Source: Planctomycetota bacterium (GTDB lineage Bacteria; Planctomycetota; UBA1135; UBA2386). Taken from it: a stretch of 64,000 bases of DNA. A program made the translations under genes and the position numbers. The first letter of the stretch is position 1, and each line of letters begins with the position of its first letter. Below, in pieces: positions 46,197-56,441 of this stretch. The stretch spans positions 7,968,001 to 8,032,000 of the forward strand of contig OZ245006.1 of NCBI GenBank assembly GCA_965223545.1, in the 5' to 3' direction. A model generated the notes under the pieces. The model made no database searches. It had not been told where the DNA came from and was given only the letters and a program-made list of their open reading frames with translations.

Positions 46197-49070
46197 TTAG
46201 GCGCCGCCACCGGCACCGATGAACGTGGGCGCGGCCCAGGCGGACTCGTCGCCAGTATCATTGGAGATGGCGTGAGTCTCGAGCAGAAGATCCACCGTCT
46301 TGCCGGCCCACGGAGAGAGGTCTGCGAAGCGGATGGCCCACTCGTTCGCGCGGTACTCCTCGCTGAACACCGGAACGAGCTCGCGAGTCTCGTGGTCGCG
46401 GAGCAGCACGCGGAAGCGCACGCCGTCCGCGGATGCGTTGCCATCAACGATGCCCATGCCGAAGCGCAGCTTCAGTTCCGCGTCATTGGGAAGGGTCAAT
46501 CGACGGTAGCGCCCCGTCTTGATCTGCCCCATCAAGCGAGAGGCTGGTGCGACGATCGCTGACCGGGCGACCCCACCGCAGGTGACGGTGGCGGGGTAGA
46601 AGTTGCCGGCGTAGCCAAAGTCCTCGTAGTTCGTGTTGTTCGCGTCGGGATCGTTGCCATAGACGACCAGGCGCGAGTCGGCGCTGCCGTTGCCGAACGC
46701 TTGAGGGATGATCAGGTCAAGTCGAGCACCTAGAGGCGGCGCAACTGGTAGGAGCGCGAGCGCGGGCCGCGGTGTACTCCGTTTGGCAACCAAGAGGTCC
46801 TTCATGGCGGTCGTGAAGTGGTTGTTGCCGAACAAGGTCAGCTCCAGCACGCTCGCCCAGCGATCGACGTGGCCGACCGGGTGGTAGCGCAGGCCCGTGA
46901 TCGTGCCGGAGTAGTTCACCGGGTCTTCGCGGCTGAGGTCGATGCCCCACCAGTGTGTGGCATCGGTGCCGTAGCGCATCCAATTGGGTTTGACCACCTG
47001 ATGCCACTGCCCACCCGCTTGGAATTCCACGCGCATGTCGAATTGCACGTCTGGGCTGCCGTCATCGAACGCGATCGTGTTCACGCCCAGGCACGGGTAG
47101 TCTTCGGCCTGGTAGGAGAACGATGGGCCGTTGGCCCCTGGCCACTCGAGGTATGACGCGTTGGCCGTCGTCGCCTGCCACGTGCCGCCCTTGGGAATCA
47201 AGTTCACGGGCGTCCAATCCTCCAAGCTCGTCGGGTGCTGGAGCAGGAGCGTGATCGGATCCCGCGTCCAGTAATGGGTGTAGACGTCTGCGGCCGGGTG
47301 AGACGGGCTGCCCCAGGAATGCATCCAAAGGACCTGCGCTCGCCTCGCCCACGCCTTGTCGAGGATCAGTTGGATCTCCGACAGCGTTGCGCCGACTGGT
47401 GCGTAGGGAGTCGACACCTGAACCCACGGGTTGTACTCCGGCGCCCCCCAAGCCTCATCGCGACGCGCGAGGTTCTCGTAGTACGCGTTCTTCTTTCCAC
47501 CGCTGATACCCATCACGCCGAACTTCTGATACTGGGTGATCCCAATGTAGCCGCGGGAGCTCTCGAGGTGCGTCCAGTCGTCGAGCCACTGCTGGTTCTT
47601 TCCGTTTACACGATTGGGGTGATACGAGCCATTTGCCAACGTCTGGTGCGTAAAGATGCGGGACGGCGGCACGCCGGCCTCGACCGCCGTGTCGACGAGC
47701 TCCTCCAAGAACTCGTCGAGCACCCGGGTCTGAAAATTGCACCACTCCTGCCAGTAGGCGCTTCGTGGTGAGGTCAAAGAAAGCGGATAGTCGCGCGGCG
47801 CGTCGACGTCCTCCCAGGTCGTGGGTAGTGTGTGCACGTGACCGAAGCCGCCAGATGCCAGGTAGTCCGCGCCGAAGTCATCCCAGAATGCGTTCAAGTC
47901 CCCCGCATAGCGATCACGCAGGTAGTACGCGAACTCTCGGACCATCGCTGGGTGATAGTCTTCGAAGAACGGACGTGGCAGGGGTGGTCCGCTTAGGCTT
48001 GGCAGGTTGTAGGTGTCGTTCCGATGAGACGGATTTGAGATCTCCGGGTCGATGGCAACCGCAACGAAGCGTCCCGCGTAGCGTGGGTCATTACCGATGG
48101 CGACCAACTGCTCGATCGCGTCCGCAAGATTCCTCATGAGGAGGTCCCGATACGGGAGCGGGCTCATCCCCATCGCCACTGCGAGGTCCGAGTCCGCCAG
48201 GGTCGGAGTGGCGAACGAGAAACTTCCCCACGTCGCCCCCGAGGGCACTAGCTGCGAGGGGTCGTTGGCTGGGTAGGTAGAACCGTTACCTAGGTTGACA
48301 TTGCAGAGATCCGACACATCCCACATACACTGGTCTGCACCACGGCTCTCTGTGTAGGCGTCCAAGTCCGTCTCTCTGGGGAAATAGACGACCGGCGAGA
48401 GCCCGGGTATCGCGCCATCGAACAAGCCACCGTGGCTCACCGACGTCTGGAGCTGGAAGGAGATGGGCATGTTCAGGTAGCGAGCCCACTCGATCGCCGC
48501 GATCGTGCGCGGAAACTTGGCCAGAGTCGCCCAGTCGGCCAGGTCATCGTCCGGGCTGTTCGAGTCCAAGCCGAACCGTACCACGTCCGGGAGTTCGCCA
48601 ATGGACAGCACATCCGGGGGCAGAGGCATCGAGTTCGACGATCGCCCCCGGTTGATGTAATATCGCATGTGCTTCGTTGGGTCCGTGAGGTCTGGGCCTT
48701 CGGTGTCGGCGGAGTAGTACACCTGCACCGACAGCCCGACCTTCGTGTGTTGACCACCTCCCATCAGGGTCGGGTCACTGGCATGCTCGTAGGCGGTATC
48801 TCCTCCGCCGATCATTGAATACAGCATGGGACCGGCCAGTACTGCGTCACCGCCGGGTGTTACGAAGAGCGTGTCGGAGTACTCCGCCTCGGGCGTCCAT
48901 GCGGGGCCGGGCTGAGCGTGGAGAGTGCTAGGCCATCCGAGGCCGCCCGCCGTGAGGGCCGCGGCCAATGCTGGCCCTACACGCCTTGGCCTGAGGGGTG
49001 ACCGGCTGACACGTGGGTTCAGGGCCGGACAGCCCCATTGAAGAGACGGGCGGGGACGAGCGGCATGCAT
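46197..49070 (-). CDS. Large secreted glycoside hydrolase, GH42-like/clan GH-A, with C-terminal carbohydrate-binding (NPCBM-like) module
   Basis: Signal-like N-terminus. 'DPEIS', 'DYHPAMVREFAYYLRDRY..DLNAF', 'YWQEWCNF' and 'WGAPEYNP' resemble GH42-type barrels. C-terminal 'LRFGMGI..SADGVRFRV'. Confidence 0.55.
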   Translation of the reverse strand: MHAARPRPSLQWGCPALNPRVSRSPLRPRRVGPALAAALTAGGLGWPSTLHAQPGPAWTPEAEYSDTLFVTPGGDAVLAGPMLYSMIGGGDTAYEHASDPTLMGGGQHTKVGLSVQVYYSADTEGPDLTDPTKHMRYYINRGRSSNSMPLPPDVLSIGELPDVVRFGLDSNSPDDDLADWATLAKFPRTIAAIEWARYLNMPISFQLQTSVSHGGLFDGAIPGLSPVVYFPRETDLDAYTESRGADQCMWDVSDLCNVNLGNGSTYPANDPSQLVPSGATWGSFSFATPTLADSDLAVAMGMSPLPYRDLLMRNLADAIEQLVAIGNDPRYAGRFVAVAIDPEISNPSHRNDTYNLPSLSGPPLPRPFFEDYHPAMVREFAYYLRDRYAGDLNAFWDDFGADYLASGGFGHVHTLPTTWEDVDAPRDYPLSLTSPRSAYWQEWCNFQTRVLDEFLEELVDTAVEAGVPPSRIFTHQTLANGSYHPNRVNGKNQQWLDDWTHLESSRGYIGITQYQKFGVMGISGGKKNAYYENLARRDEAWGAPEYNPWVQVSTPYAPVGATLSEIQLILDKAWARRAQVLWMHSWGSPSHPAADVYTHYWTRDPITLLLQHPTSLEDWTPVNLIPKGGTWQATTANASYLEWPGANGPSFSYQAEDYPCLGVNTIAFDDGSPDVQFDMRVEFQAGGQWHQVVKPNWMRYGTDATHWWGIDLSREDPVNYSGTITGLRYHPVGHVDRWASVLELTLFGNNHFTTAMKDLLVAKRSTPRPALALLPVAPPLGARLDLIIPQAFGNGSADSRLVVYGNDPDANNTNYEDFGYAGNFYPATVTCGGVARSAIVAPASRLMGQIKTGRYRRLTLPNDAELKLRFGMGIVDGNASADGVRFRVLLRDHETRELVPVFSEEYRANEWAIRFADLSPWAGKTVDLLLETHAISNDTGDESAWAAPTFIGAGGGA

Positions 49071-49306
49071 ATCGGCTCCGAGCGGAATGAGAATGTTCTC
49101 GTGTTCCGAGGAACCGTCCGGGGGGAGGACCGCGGTTGAAGAAATCGAGTTCTCCTAGACGTGCTGCGATATCGCCCAGAAGAAATCGACCGCAACACAG
49201 GAGGATCGTACCCATCAACTGCGCCGCCGAACAAAAGTGGACGCGCGGTGACTGCATTCTCGAGTCCCGGGACGGCGCCCGGCCCCGGCTCTGCCCGAAC
49301 CACGCC

Positions 49307-51208
49307 CTACAAGATGTCCAACACGCCCGACGCCCCGTTGCTGAGCGTCCCGACCATCGCGCGGTAGTTCATGTCGCGCGCGATCGCGGCGTTCCACGGA
49401 AGCCAGTCGTGGTCGGCGATCATGCCGATCGAGGCCACCGCGAAGGCGCGCAGCAGCTTGGGCATCTTCTCGGCGCCGACGACCTTCAGCAGCGGCTCGA
49501 CGCTGTGGTCGTCGCCGATCCAGCCCAAGGCGCTGGCGGCGGCCGCGAGCGTGATGCTCTGGTGGTCGGTGCGGCGCAGCATCGGGTGCAGGACCTCGGC
49601 GGCGCCGCGCTCTTGCAGGCGGGCGAGCGCGACCGCGGCTTGCGCCATGAGCACCGGGCGCCGGCGCGCGTCCCGCAGGATGTCGACCATCAGCGGGATC
49701 GCGTGGCGGTCGTCCATGAGCGCGAGGCCGACGCAGAGGTAGCCGGCGAGCTCCTGCTGGTTGCGGTACTTCTTGAGCATCGTCCGCAGCTGCTCGGCGG
49801 CGCTGCGGTGCCCGGCCAGGCCCAGGGCCACCGCGTGCGCGCTGAGATCCTCGGGATTGCGAGTGGTGTCGAGGCCGTCGACCAACAAAGTGCCGACCCG
49901 TTGGGCGACCGATGGCCCCTGCTGGCCGGTCACCTCGGGGGCGTGGTGGGCGAGCAGGCCGAGGGCGAGCGCGGCCCACGAGCGGTCGGCCCCTTTGGAA
50001 TCTCGCCACAGCGCGGTCAGCGCCTGCAGGTTGGCCTCGCCGCCGATCTGGCCCAGCGCCAGGGTCGAGAAGTAGCGCACCTGCACGTCGCGGTGCTGGT
50101 CGATGGCGCGGCGCAGCGCGGTGGCGTAGACCGCGTCGGCATCGCGCTCTTCGCGCGGCGCGACCATGACCCCGAGCGCGAGCGCTGCCGACTGGGCCAG
50201 GGTCGCGTTGCGCCGGTCGCGGCCGAGCAGCGCTTCGGCCAGGCCGCGCTTGACGCGGTGGTGGTCGTCGGTGTCACCGCGGCCGAGGATGCGCGCCAGC
50301 GCCGGCGCGACGTGCGCCTGGATGACTTGGCGGCCGACGCCGAGGTCGAGCCGCAGGTAGTCCTCGAGCGCCGCCAGGCAGCGCCAAGCCAAGCGCACGT
50401 GGCGCGGACCCTTCTCCGGGCTGGGATCGACCAGCCGGATCGCGTTGATCACCGCCACCAGCACGTCGCGGTCGTCCTCGCGGCCGTCGGCGAGCAGCGG
50501 CACCAAAGCCTCGAACACCTGGTTCTTGACGGTCAGATCGGGCGTCCCGGTGGCGATCACGCCGAGCCCGTAGGCGGCGAACGCCCGAGTGCGGTCGTCG
50601 ACCCTCTCCTGCTGCATCAGACGGTGGCCGTCGCTGGTGTCGTGCAGCAGGCTCTGCAGCAGTGGAATCGCGTCGGTGCGCTGGGCGATGCCGAGCGCCA
50701 GCGCGGCGGTCTCGCGGATCTCCTGATCGCCCCGCCGCAGTTGCTTGCTGAGCAGCGGCAGGATCTGGAAATCCTCGTGGTCGATGCCGATCTTGGCCAG
50801 TGCCACCATGCAGGACGAGGTGATATCCCGGTTCGAGGTCGTGCGCATCAGCCGGCGCAGCGCGGGCAGGATCGCGTTGCGCTTGTGGTCGAGCGTGACC
50901 GGCAGCCCGCTCGGCAGCTCGATCCCGCCCTCGGTGACGCCGCCTTCGCCGGGACGGCGGCGGAGGTAGGCGTCCTTGTTGAACTCCCACCACAGCTGCC
51001 AGCGCGTGCGGTCGGTGCTGCCGCTCGCCCCCGTGGTGCGCGACCCCGGGCCGCCGGTCGTGGGACCGCCGGGCGTGGTCGGGCCCGGCACCGAGGGCAG
51101 GGGCCCGCGATACGCCCCGCCGTGCGCGGGCAGGGTCGCCGCAAGGAGTGTCGCCCCAAGGAGACACACCGCGAGGCTAGTCGAGAACGGTTTGAACCTG
51201 GCGATCAT
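49307..51208 (-). CDS. Secreted HEAT-repeat protein
   Basis: Signal peptide, Pro/Gly/Thr linker, repeated 'AALALG' HEAT motifs. Alternative starts at 51214 and 51232. Confidence 0.8.
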   Translation of the reverse strand: MIARFKPFSTSLAVCLLGATLLAATLPAHGGAYRGPLPSVPGPTTPGGPTTGGPGSRTTGASGSTDRTRWQLWWEFNKDAYLRRRPGEGGVTEGGIELPSGLPVTLDHKRNAILPALRRLMRTTSNRDITSSCMVALAKIGIDHEDFQILPLLSKQLRRGDQEIRETAALALGIAQRTDAIPLLQSLLHDTSDGHRLMQQERVDDRTRAFAAYGLGVIATGTPDLTVKNQVFEALVPLLADGREDDRDVLVAVINAIRLVDPSPEKGPRHVRLAWRCLAALEDYLRLDLGVGRQVIQAHVAPALARILGRGDTDDHHRVKRGLAEALLGRDRRNATLAQSAALALGVMVAPREERDADAVYATALRRAIDQHRDVQVRYFSTLALGQIGGEANLQALTALWRDSKGADRSWAALALGLLAHHAPEVTGQQGPSVAQRVGTLLVDGLDTTRNPEDLSAHAVALGLAGHRSAAEQLRTMLKKYRNQQELAGYLCVGLALMDDRHAIPLMVDILRDARRRPVLMAQAAVALARLQERGAAEVLHPMLRRTDHQSITLAAAASALGWIGDDHSVEPLLKVVGAEKMPKLLRAFAVASIGMIADHDWLPWNAAIARDMNYRAMVGTLSNGASGVLDIL

Positions 51209-51368
51209 CGGCATCCGCGCATCCAACGGCATTGTCGGCCGAGTCAGGCCGGCGTCGGGCGGCGCCGGCGGCTGCGAGTCGCAGCGAAGATCATACCAAC
51301 GCCGTCCCGCCCGACGGACCGGGTCGGGAAGAAGCGGGGACACTCCTCGCCACAAGCCGTAGAGCACG

Positions 51369-51818
51369 ATGAGCAAGCCGAGCCAACCCCAAGACCGCTT
51401 CTCCTTCAGCACCGAGGTTCGCGTGCGGCTGCCGGAGACCGATGCGATGGGCATCGTCTTCCACGGCACCTACTTCACCTATCTCGAGGTCGGGCGCGTC
51501 GATTATCTCCTCAACCTCGGCCTGACCGAGGGCAACCGGCCGATCCGCGACTTCGACAACGTGGTGGTCTCGGCGCACTTGGACTTCGCCCGGCCGGCGC
51601 GGCTGCACGATGTCGTCGCCATCGACGTGTGCACCCGCGCGATCGGCAACGCGTCGTTCACCTTCGGCTTTCGCCTGCGGCACAAGCGGAGCAACGAGAC
51701 CATCGCCACCGGCCACACCACGCACTGCGCGGTCGACCCCGAGCTGCGACCGATGCGGGTGCCCGAGTCGTTCCGCGAGACCATCGCTCGCTTCGAGCAG
51801 TGGCGGCCCCAGGCGTAG
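51369..51818 (+). CDS. Acyl-CoA thioesterase (4HBT/YbgC family)
   Basis: 'VRVRLPETDAMGIVFHGTYFTYLEVGR'. Confidence 0.9.
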   Translation: MSKPSQPQDRFSFSTEVRVRLPETDAMGIVFHGTYFTYLEVGRVDYLLNLGLTEGNRPIRDFDNVVVSAHLDFARPARLHDVVAIDVCTRAIGNASFTFGFRLRHKRSNETIATGHTTHCAVDPELRPMRVPESFRETIARFEQWRPQA

Positions 51819-51910
51819 CCGCGCGCGGGCCGGACGACGGCGCGCTGAAGGCCTCGGCGCTGCTGTTGCGCGGGCTGCGGGTCGGCGAGCGCGCGTCGCT
51901 GCTGGCCGCG

Positions 51911-52441
51911 ATGCGAGGCAGCGTGCTGCGTCTCGGTTTGGATGCCCCCGACAGCTTCGATTCGGCCGGCGTGGTTCCGCTCGCGGCCCTTGGGGCGCGG
52001 ACCGTGGTTTCGGCGGCACTCGGTGCGGCGGAATCCGAGGGCGGCGTCGGTCCGGATCTGCGCGTCGATGGCGAGCGGTTGCCGTTGGCCAGTGGCACGG
52101 TCGACCTCGTCGTGCTGGGGCCGGCGGCTTGTGCCGACCCGATCCTCCGCGCGTTGCCGCGCATCCTGCGGGCCCCCGGCTTCGCGGTCGCTGTCGTGCC
52201 GGCGGGGGCCGGGTTGGCCGCTGGAATGCGCGCGGCGCGCGAGTGGTTCTTCGAGGGGCGGGTGCGGCCACGGCCGGCAGCGGCCGCCATGGCGCGCGGT
52301 GCGCTGCGGCGTCGGTTCGAGGCCGCCGGCATGCAGGTCCGCCGCTTGGCCGAGGCGCGGGCCGCGGGCGAACGCGTGTGGCACTGCCTGGCGGTCGTCG
52401 CGGACTCATCCGCCGACGAGCGCATGCCGCGCTCGCTCTGA
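51911..52441 (+). CDS. Hypothetical protein, degenerate class I SAM methyltransferase-like
   Basis: 'VDGERLPLASGTVDLVV' and 'RILRAPG' resemble methyltransferase motifs II/III. Start uncertain, and the ORF may begin near 51845. Confidence 0.45.
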   Translation: MRGSVLRLGLDAPDSFDSAGVVPLAALGARTVVSAALGAAESEGGVGPDLRVDGERLPLASGTVDLVVLGPAACADPILRALPRILRAPGFAVAVVPAGAGLAAGMRAAREWFFEGRVRPRPAAAAMARGALRRRFEAAGMQVRRLAEARAAGERVWHCLAVVADSSADERMPRSL

Positions 52442-52515
52442 CGTCGGGCGGCGGGTCTCCCCCGAACAGCGGGGGTACTTTGCCGGTCGCCTGTTTATGG
52501 TGCTGCCAGGGCGGT

Positions 52516-54138
52516 ATGCAGCACGAGAACAGAACCGAGTACGAGCGCGGTCGCCTCGCTGCAGCCCGCGCGCGTGGTCCCGCCGCCAAGCTCGCCACCT
52601 ATGCCGCGCTGTCCGGGCCCGGCTGGCTGCAGAGCGCGATCACTCTCGGGGGCGGTTCGCTCGCCGGCAGCCTCTACCTCGGCGTGCTCGGCGGCACCTC
52701 GCTGCTCTGGCTGCAGCCGTTGGCGATGGCGATCGGCGTGGTGATGCTCAGCGCCATCAGCCATGTCACCTTGTCGACCGGCGAGCCGCCGTTCCGCGCC
52801 ATCAACCGCCACGTCAACCCGGTGCTCGGTTGGGGGTGGGCGCTCGCGTCCCTCGTCGCCAGCATCGTCTGGTGTCTGCCGCAGTTCTCGCTGGGCACGG
52901 CCGCCGTGCAGCAAAACCTCCTGCCGGGGTTGCCGGCGGATCGAGGTGCGGCGATCGCGTGCGCGCTGATTCTGGTCGCGGCCGTGTCCGTGGTCTGGAT
53001 GTACGACCGCGGCAGCCGCGGCATCAAGGCGTTCGAGCTGGTGCTCAAGGCGATGGTGGGGCTGATCGTGGTCAGCTTCTTCGGCGTGGTCGTCGTCCTG
53101 GCGCAGCGCGGTGGCCTCGATTGGCCGGCAGTCGCGGCCGGCTTCGTGCCGGACCCGTCCCTGCTGTGGGCACCGGCGGCGTCACTGCGCGAGATGCTCG
53201 CGGCGGTGCCGGAGCCGGCGCGCGGCCACTGGCAGGCGGTCGTGGTCAGCGATCAGCGACAGGTGATGGTCACCGCCGCGGCGACCGCGGTGGGCATCAA
53301 CATGACCTTCTTGCTGCCCTATTCGATGCGGGCGCGCGGCTGGGACCGCGAGTTTCGCGGGCTGGCGGTGTTCGACCTCGCCACCGGTCTGTTCCTGCCG
53401 TTCGTCTTGGCGACCAGCTGTGTGGTGCTCGCCGCGGGCGCGCGGTTCCACGCCCAGCCCGACGACGCCCTGCTCGCGCGGCAGACCCCGTCCTCGAGCG
53501 CGGCGGCGAGCTACGACCGGCTGCTGGCGGCCCGACTCGGCGTCGCCGACGCCACGCCGGCGCAGCTCGACGCCCTGCCAGAGGCCGAGCGCCGGCTGGC
53601 CTCGGTCTTGGTGCGCCGGGACGCGTTCGACCTGGCGACCGCCCTGACACCGCTGACCGGCGCGGGCGTGGCGCGGACCGTGTTCGGCATCGGCGTGTTG
53701 GCAATGGCGATCTCGACCGTCATCGTGCTGATGTTGATCGCCGGCTTTTGCATCTGCGAGATGCTGGGCATCGAGCCGCGCGGTCGGCCGCGGCGGTGGG
53801 CCAGCATGGTGCCCGCGGTGGGAGTGCTGGGGCCGTTCGTCTGGAGTGGGGATGCGCAGTTCTGGCTCGCGGTGCCGACCTCCGTCTTCGGCTTCACGCT
53901 GCTGCCGATCGCCTATTGGACGTTCTTCTTGATGCTCAACAACGCCCGCTTGTTGGGCGCCGACCGGCCTGTGGGGGCACTGCGCTGGGGGTGGAACGTG
54001 GCGATGCTGGTCGGGCTGGCGCTGGTGTCGGTCGGCGCGGCGTGGGCCGTCTGGAACCAAGCTGGCTGGTTCGGCGCAGGCGCGGCGCTTGCGTTCCTGT
54101 GCGCGGCCGCCGTCGCGCACCGTCGCCGCCCACGTTGA
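52516..54138 (+). CDS. NRAMP-like divalent metal cation transporter
   Basis: Multi-TM protein with 'GPGWLQSAITLGGGSL' and 'ATAVGINMTFLLPYS'. Confidence 0.75.
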   Translation: MQHENRTEYERGRLAAARARGPAAKLATYAALSGPGWLQSAITLGGGSLAGSLYLGVLGGTSLLWLQPLAMAIGVVMLSAISHVTLSTGEPPFRAINRHVNPVLGWGWALASLVASIVWCLPQFSLGTAAVQQNLLPGLPADRGAAIACALILVAAVSVVWMYDRGSRGIKAFELVLKAMVGLIVVSFFGVVVVLAQRGGLDWPAVAAGFVPDPSLLWAPAASLREMLAAVPEPARGHWQAVVVSDQRQVMVTAAATAVGINMTFLLPYSMRARGWDREFRGLAVFDLATGLFLPFVLATSCVVLAAGARFHAQPDDALLARQTPSSSAAASYDRLLAARLGVADATPAQLDALPEAERRLASVLVRRDAFDLATALTPLTGAGVARTVFGIGVLAMAISTVIVLMLIAGFCICEMLGIEPRGRPRRWASMVPAVGVLGPFVWSGDAQFWLAVPTSVFGFTLLPIAYWTFFLMLNNARLLGADRPVGALRWGWNVAMLVGLALVSVGAAWAVWNQAGWFGAGAALAFLCAAAVAHRRRPR

Positions 54139-54151
54139 CGCCGTCGCCGCG

Positions 54152-55117
54152 TCAGCCGCCGTCTTCGGCGGACTTCTTCTTGTCCTCCGCCGGTGACTTG
54201 CCCTCGGCCCTGTATTGCTCCACGGCGGGACCGAGCACCCACTGCTCGTACTCTTCGTTGAGCGTGTCGAGGTCGATGCCTCGGAAAGCGCGCTCGGTGA
54301 TGGCCTCGAAGTTCGTGTCGTCGCGAATCAGCCGGATGTAGGTCGGCACCACGGCGCGGTAGCGCTTGTCCTCGTGGTGCTGCAGGAAGTGGCACAGTGC
54401 CCAGCCCTGTGGGTAGCAGATGGTGCCCTTGTCATAGAACTGCTTCTTCGACATCGTGATGAGCTCGGCGATCGGCACGTTCTGGCCGGTGTTGACCGCG
54501 CCCCACACCGCGGGCATCCGCTGGCGGTTGATCGCGCCGAGGTCCGCGGTGCGGCGCCGTCCCTCGCCGACCGGCTTGGCGCAGTAGAAGTAGTCGCCCA
54601 TGCCCTCGTTGATCCACGACGGGATCTGCACCCACGACGTGATGTACCAGTGGAAGTACTGGTGCCAGCCCTCGTGGGCGGCATTGCCGAGGGTGTCCAT
54701 CACCGTGCGACTGCGCCTTTTGGCCCCGCCGGTCGCCGGCGGATCGTCGGCCCACTTGCCGGTGTCGTAGCAGACCATCTCGCGGTCGACCGGGTCGTAG
54801 TAGGCCGCCGCCGACGGGGAGGCTCCGTAGGCGAGGAAGCTCTCGCGGTCCTTGAACAGCTTGACGGCGTAGCGGTTGGCGGGTGCCTTGTCGACGCGGA
54901 AGGACTTGCGGTAGATCCTCAGCATCGCGTCCATGTGGGCGCCGAGCCGCTCGGCCTTCTCCTTGCCGGCCTGGGACTGGATCTGGTAGCCCCGCGTCCG
55001 GTGCACGATCCAGCCCTCCGGCGGCTTTCGGTTCTTCCAGAGCCCCTTGCGAATGTCCTGCGCGGCAGCGGTCGAGAGCAGGCAGAGCGCGGCGATGGCG
55101 ACGGTGTGAGCGGTCAT
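54152..55117 (-). CDS. DUF1570 domain protein (zincin-like HExxH)
   Basis: Signal peptide, 'HEGWHQY', 'PSWINEGMGDYF', 'YPQGWALCHFL'. Confidence 0.8.
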   Translation of the reverse strand: MTAHTVAIAALCLLSTAAAQDIRKGLWKNRKPPEGWIVHRTRGYQIQSQAGKEKAERLGAHMDAMLRIYRKSFRVDKAPANRYAVKLFKDRESFLAYGASPSAAAYYDPVDREMVCYDTGKWADDPPATGGAKRRSRTVMDTLGNAAHEGWHQYFHWYITSWVQIPSWINEGMGDYFYCAKPVGEGRRRTADLGAINRQRMPAVWGAVNTGQNVPIAELITMSKKQFYDKGTICYPQGWALCHFLQHHEDKRYRAVVPTYIRLIRDDTNFEAITERAFRGIDLDTLNEEYEQWVLGPAVEQYRAEGKSPAEDKKKSAEDGG

Positions 55118-55262
55118 GCGTGGAGATGCGACGACGGACGGCACCGCATTGTGCCGTGGCAAGGTCGATTTGTCGGCCCCCCGCGGGGCTTAGGCAAGAG
55201 AACCCGGCGCGCCCGACGGCTACGGTCTTCGAAGGCCGCCAAGTTCCACCGTTTCCTCCGCC

Positions 55263-56432
55263 ATGACCGACGCCGTCTCCGACGCACTGCTGCAGACGTT
55301 GCGCACCGTGCGCCATGATCTCCACCGCCACCCCGAGTTGGGCTTTGAAGAGCACCGCACGCAAGCCGCGGTACGAGCGTGGCTGGAAGAGCGCGGCTTC
55401 GCGCCCCGCGATGTGGCCGAGACCGGCCTGGTGGTGGACACCGCGCCGGGCACCGACGGCGGCATCGCCCTGCGCGCCGATCTCGACGCGCTGCCGATGC
55501 AAGAGCACACCGACCTCCCGTACCGTTCGGTGCACGAGGGGCGGGCGCACAAGTGCGGGCACGACGGCCACACCGCGATCCTGCTCGGCGTCGCCGCGTG
55601 GCTGGCGGAGAACCGGGATGCCCTGGCCGGCAATGTCCGACTGCTGTTCCAGCCGGCGGAGGAGGGTGTCCGCGGCGGGGGCGCGCGCGTGATGGTGCGC
55701 GAGGGCGCCCTGCGGGGGATTCGCGAGGTCTATGGGCTTCACAACTGGCCGGGCTTCGAGAAGGGCACGGTGCGCGTGGCCGCCGGGCCGGTGATGGCCT
55801 CGGTCGACACCTTCGTCACGGAGTTGATCGGCCGCGGTGGGCATGGGGCGCAGCCGCAAGTCTGCCGCGACCCGATCGTCGCCGGCGCGGCGGTGGTGCA
55901 GGCACTGCAGACGGTGGTGTCGCGCCGCGTCGGCAGCCGCGGGATCGCCGTGGTGACGGTGGGCGCCTTCCAGGCCGGCACCGTGCAGAACGTGATCCCC
56001 GAGCGGGCGCGCCTGCTCGGCACGATCCGCACCTTCGACGCCGCGCTGCGCGACGAGGTGATCGCGCACGTCGAGCAAGTGATCGACGACACCGCGCGGG
56101 CCTACGGCGTTCGCGCCGAGACCGAGGTGGCGCGCGAATACCCGGTGCTGGTCAACGCGGCGCGCTGTGCCGAGGCGGTGGGCGAGGTCGCGGTGGACGT
56201 GGTGGGCGCCGACCGGGTCAGCCCCGATGGACTGCCGTTGGCGGCGGCCGAGGACTTTGCCTACTTCGCGCAGGAGGTCGAAGCGGCGTACTTCTTCCTC
56301 GGCGCCGGCGACCCGGTCGGGGAGACGCCGGGCTGCCACCATCCCGACTTCGACTTCGACGACGACCTGCTGGCCACCGGCATCGCGATGTTCTGTGGGC
56401 TGGTGCGCGCGCGGGTCGGGTTGCGCGGCTGA
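55263..56432 (+). CDS. M20D family amidohydrolase (N-acyl-amino-acid/hippurate hydrolase-like)
   Basis: 'LHRHPELGFEE', 'LRADLDALP', 'CGHDGH', 'FQPAEEG', 'EDFAYF', 'HHPDFDFDD'. Confidence 0.93.
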   Translation: MTDAVSDALLQTLRTVRHDLHRHPELGFEEHRTQAAVRAWLEERGFAPRDVAETGLVVDTAPGTDGGIALRADLDALPMQEHTDLPYRSVHEGRAHKCGHDGHTAILLGVAAWLAENRDALAGNVRLLFQPAEEGVRGGGARVMVREGALRGIREVYGLHNWPGFEKGTVRVAAGPVMASVDTFVTELIGRGGHGAQPQVCRDPIVAGAAVVQALQTVVSRRVGSRGIAVVTVGAFQAGTVQNVIPERARLLGTIRTFDAALRDEVIAHVEQVIDDTARAYGVRAETEVAREYPVLVNAARCAEAVGEVAVDVVGADRVSPDGLPLAAAEDFAYFAQEVEAAYFFLGAGDPVGETPGCHHPDFDFDDDLLATGIAMFCGLVRARVGLRG

Positions 56433-56441
56433 CACCGAGCC

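Noticed and set aside
45308..46447. 379-aa minus-strand ORF through the repeats (unit lengths are multiples of 3)
   Set aside because: It overlaps the glycosidase 3' end and crosses the IS boundary, is Arg/Pro/Ser-rich and has no credible start. A decayed coding origin for the repeat is not fully excluded.
49136..51844. N-terminal ~900 aa of the 1101-aa + strand ORF
   Set aside because: Antisense shadow of the HEAT-repeat gene and off-frame over the thioesterase. Only the last ~180-200 codons look protein-like.
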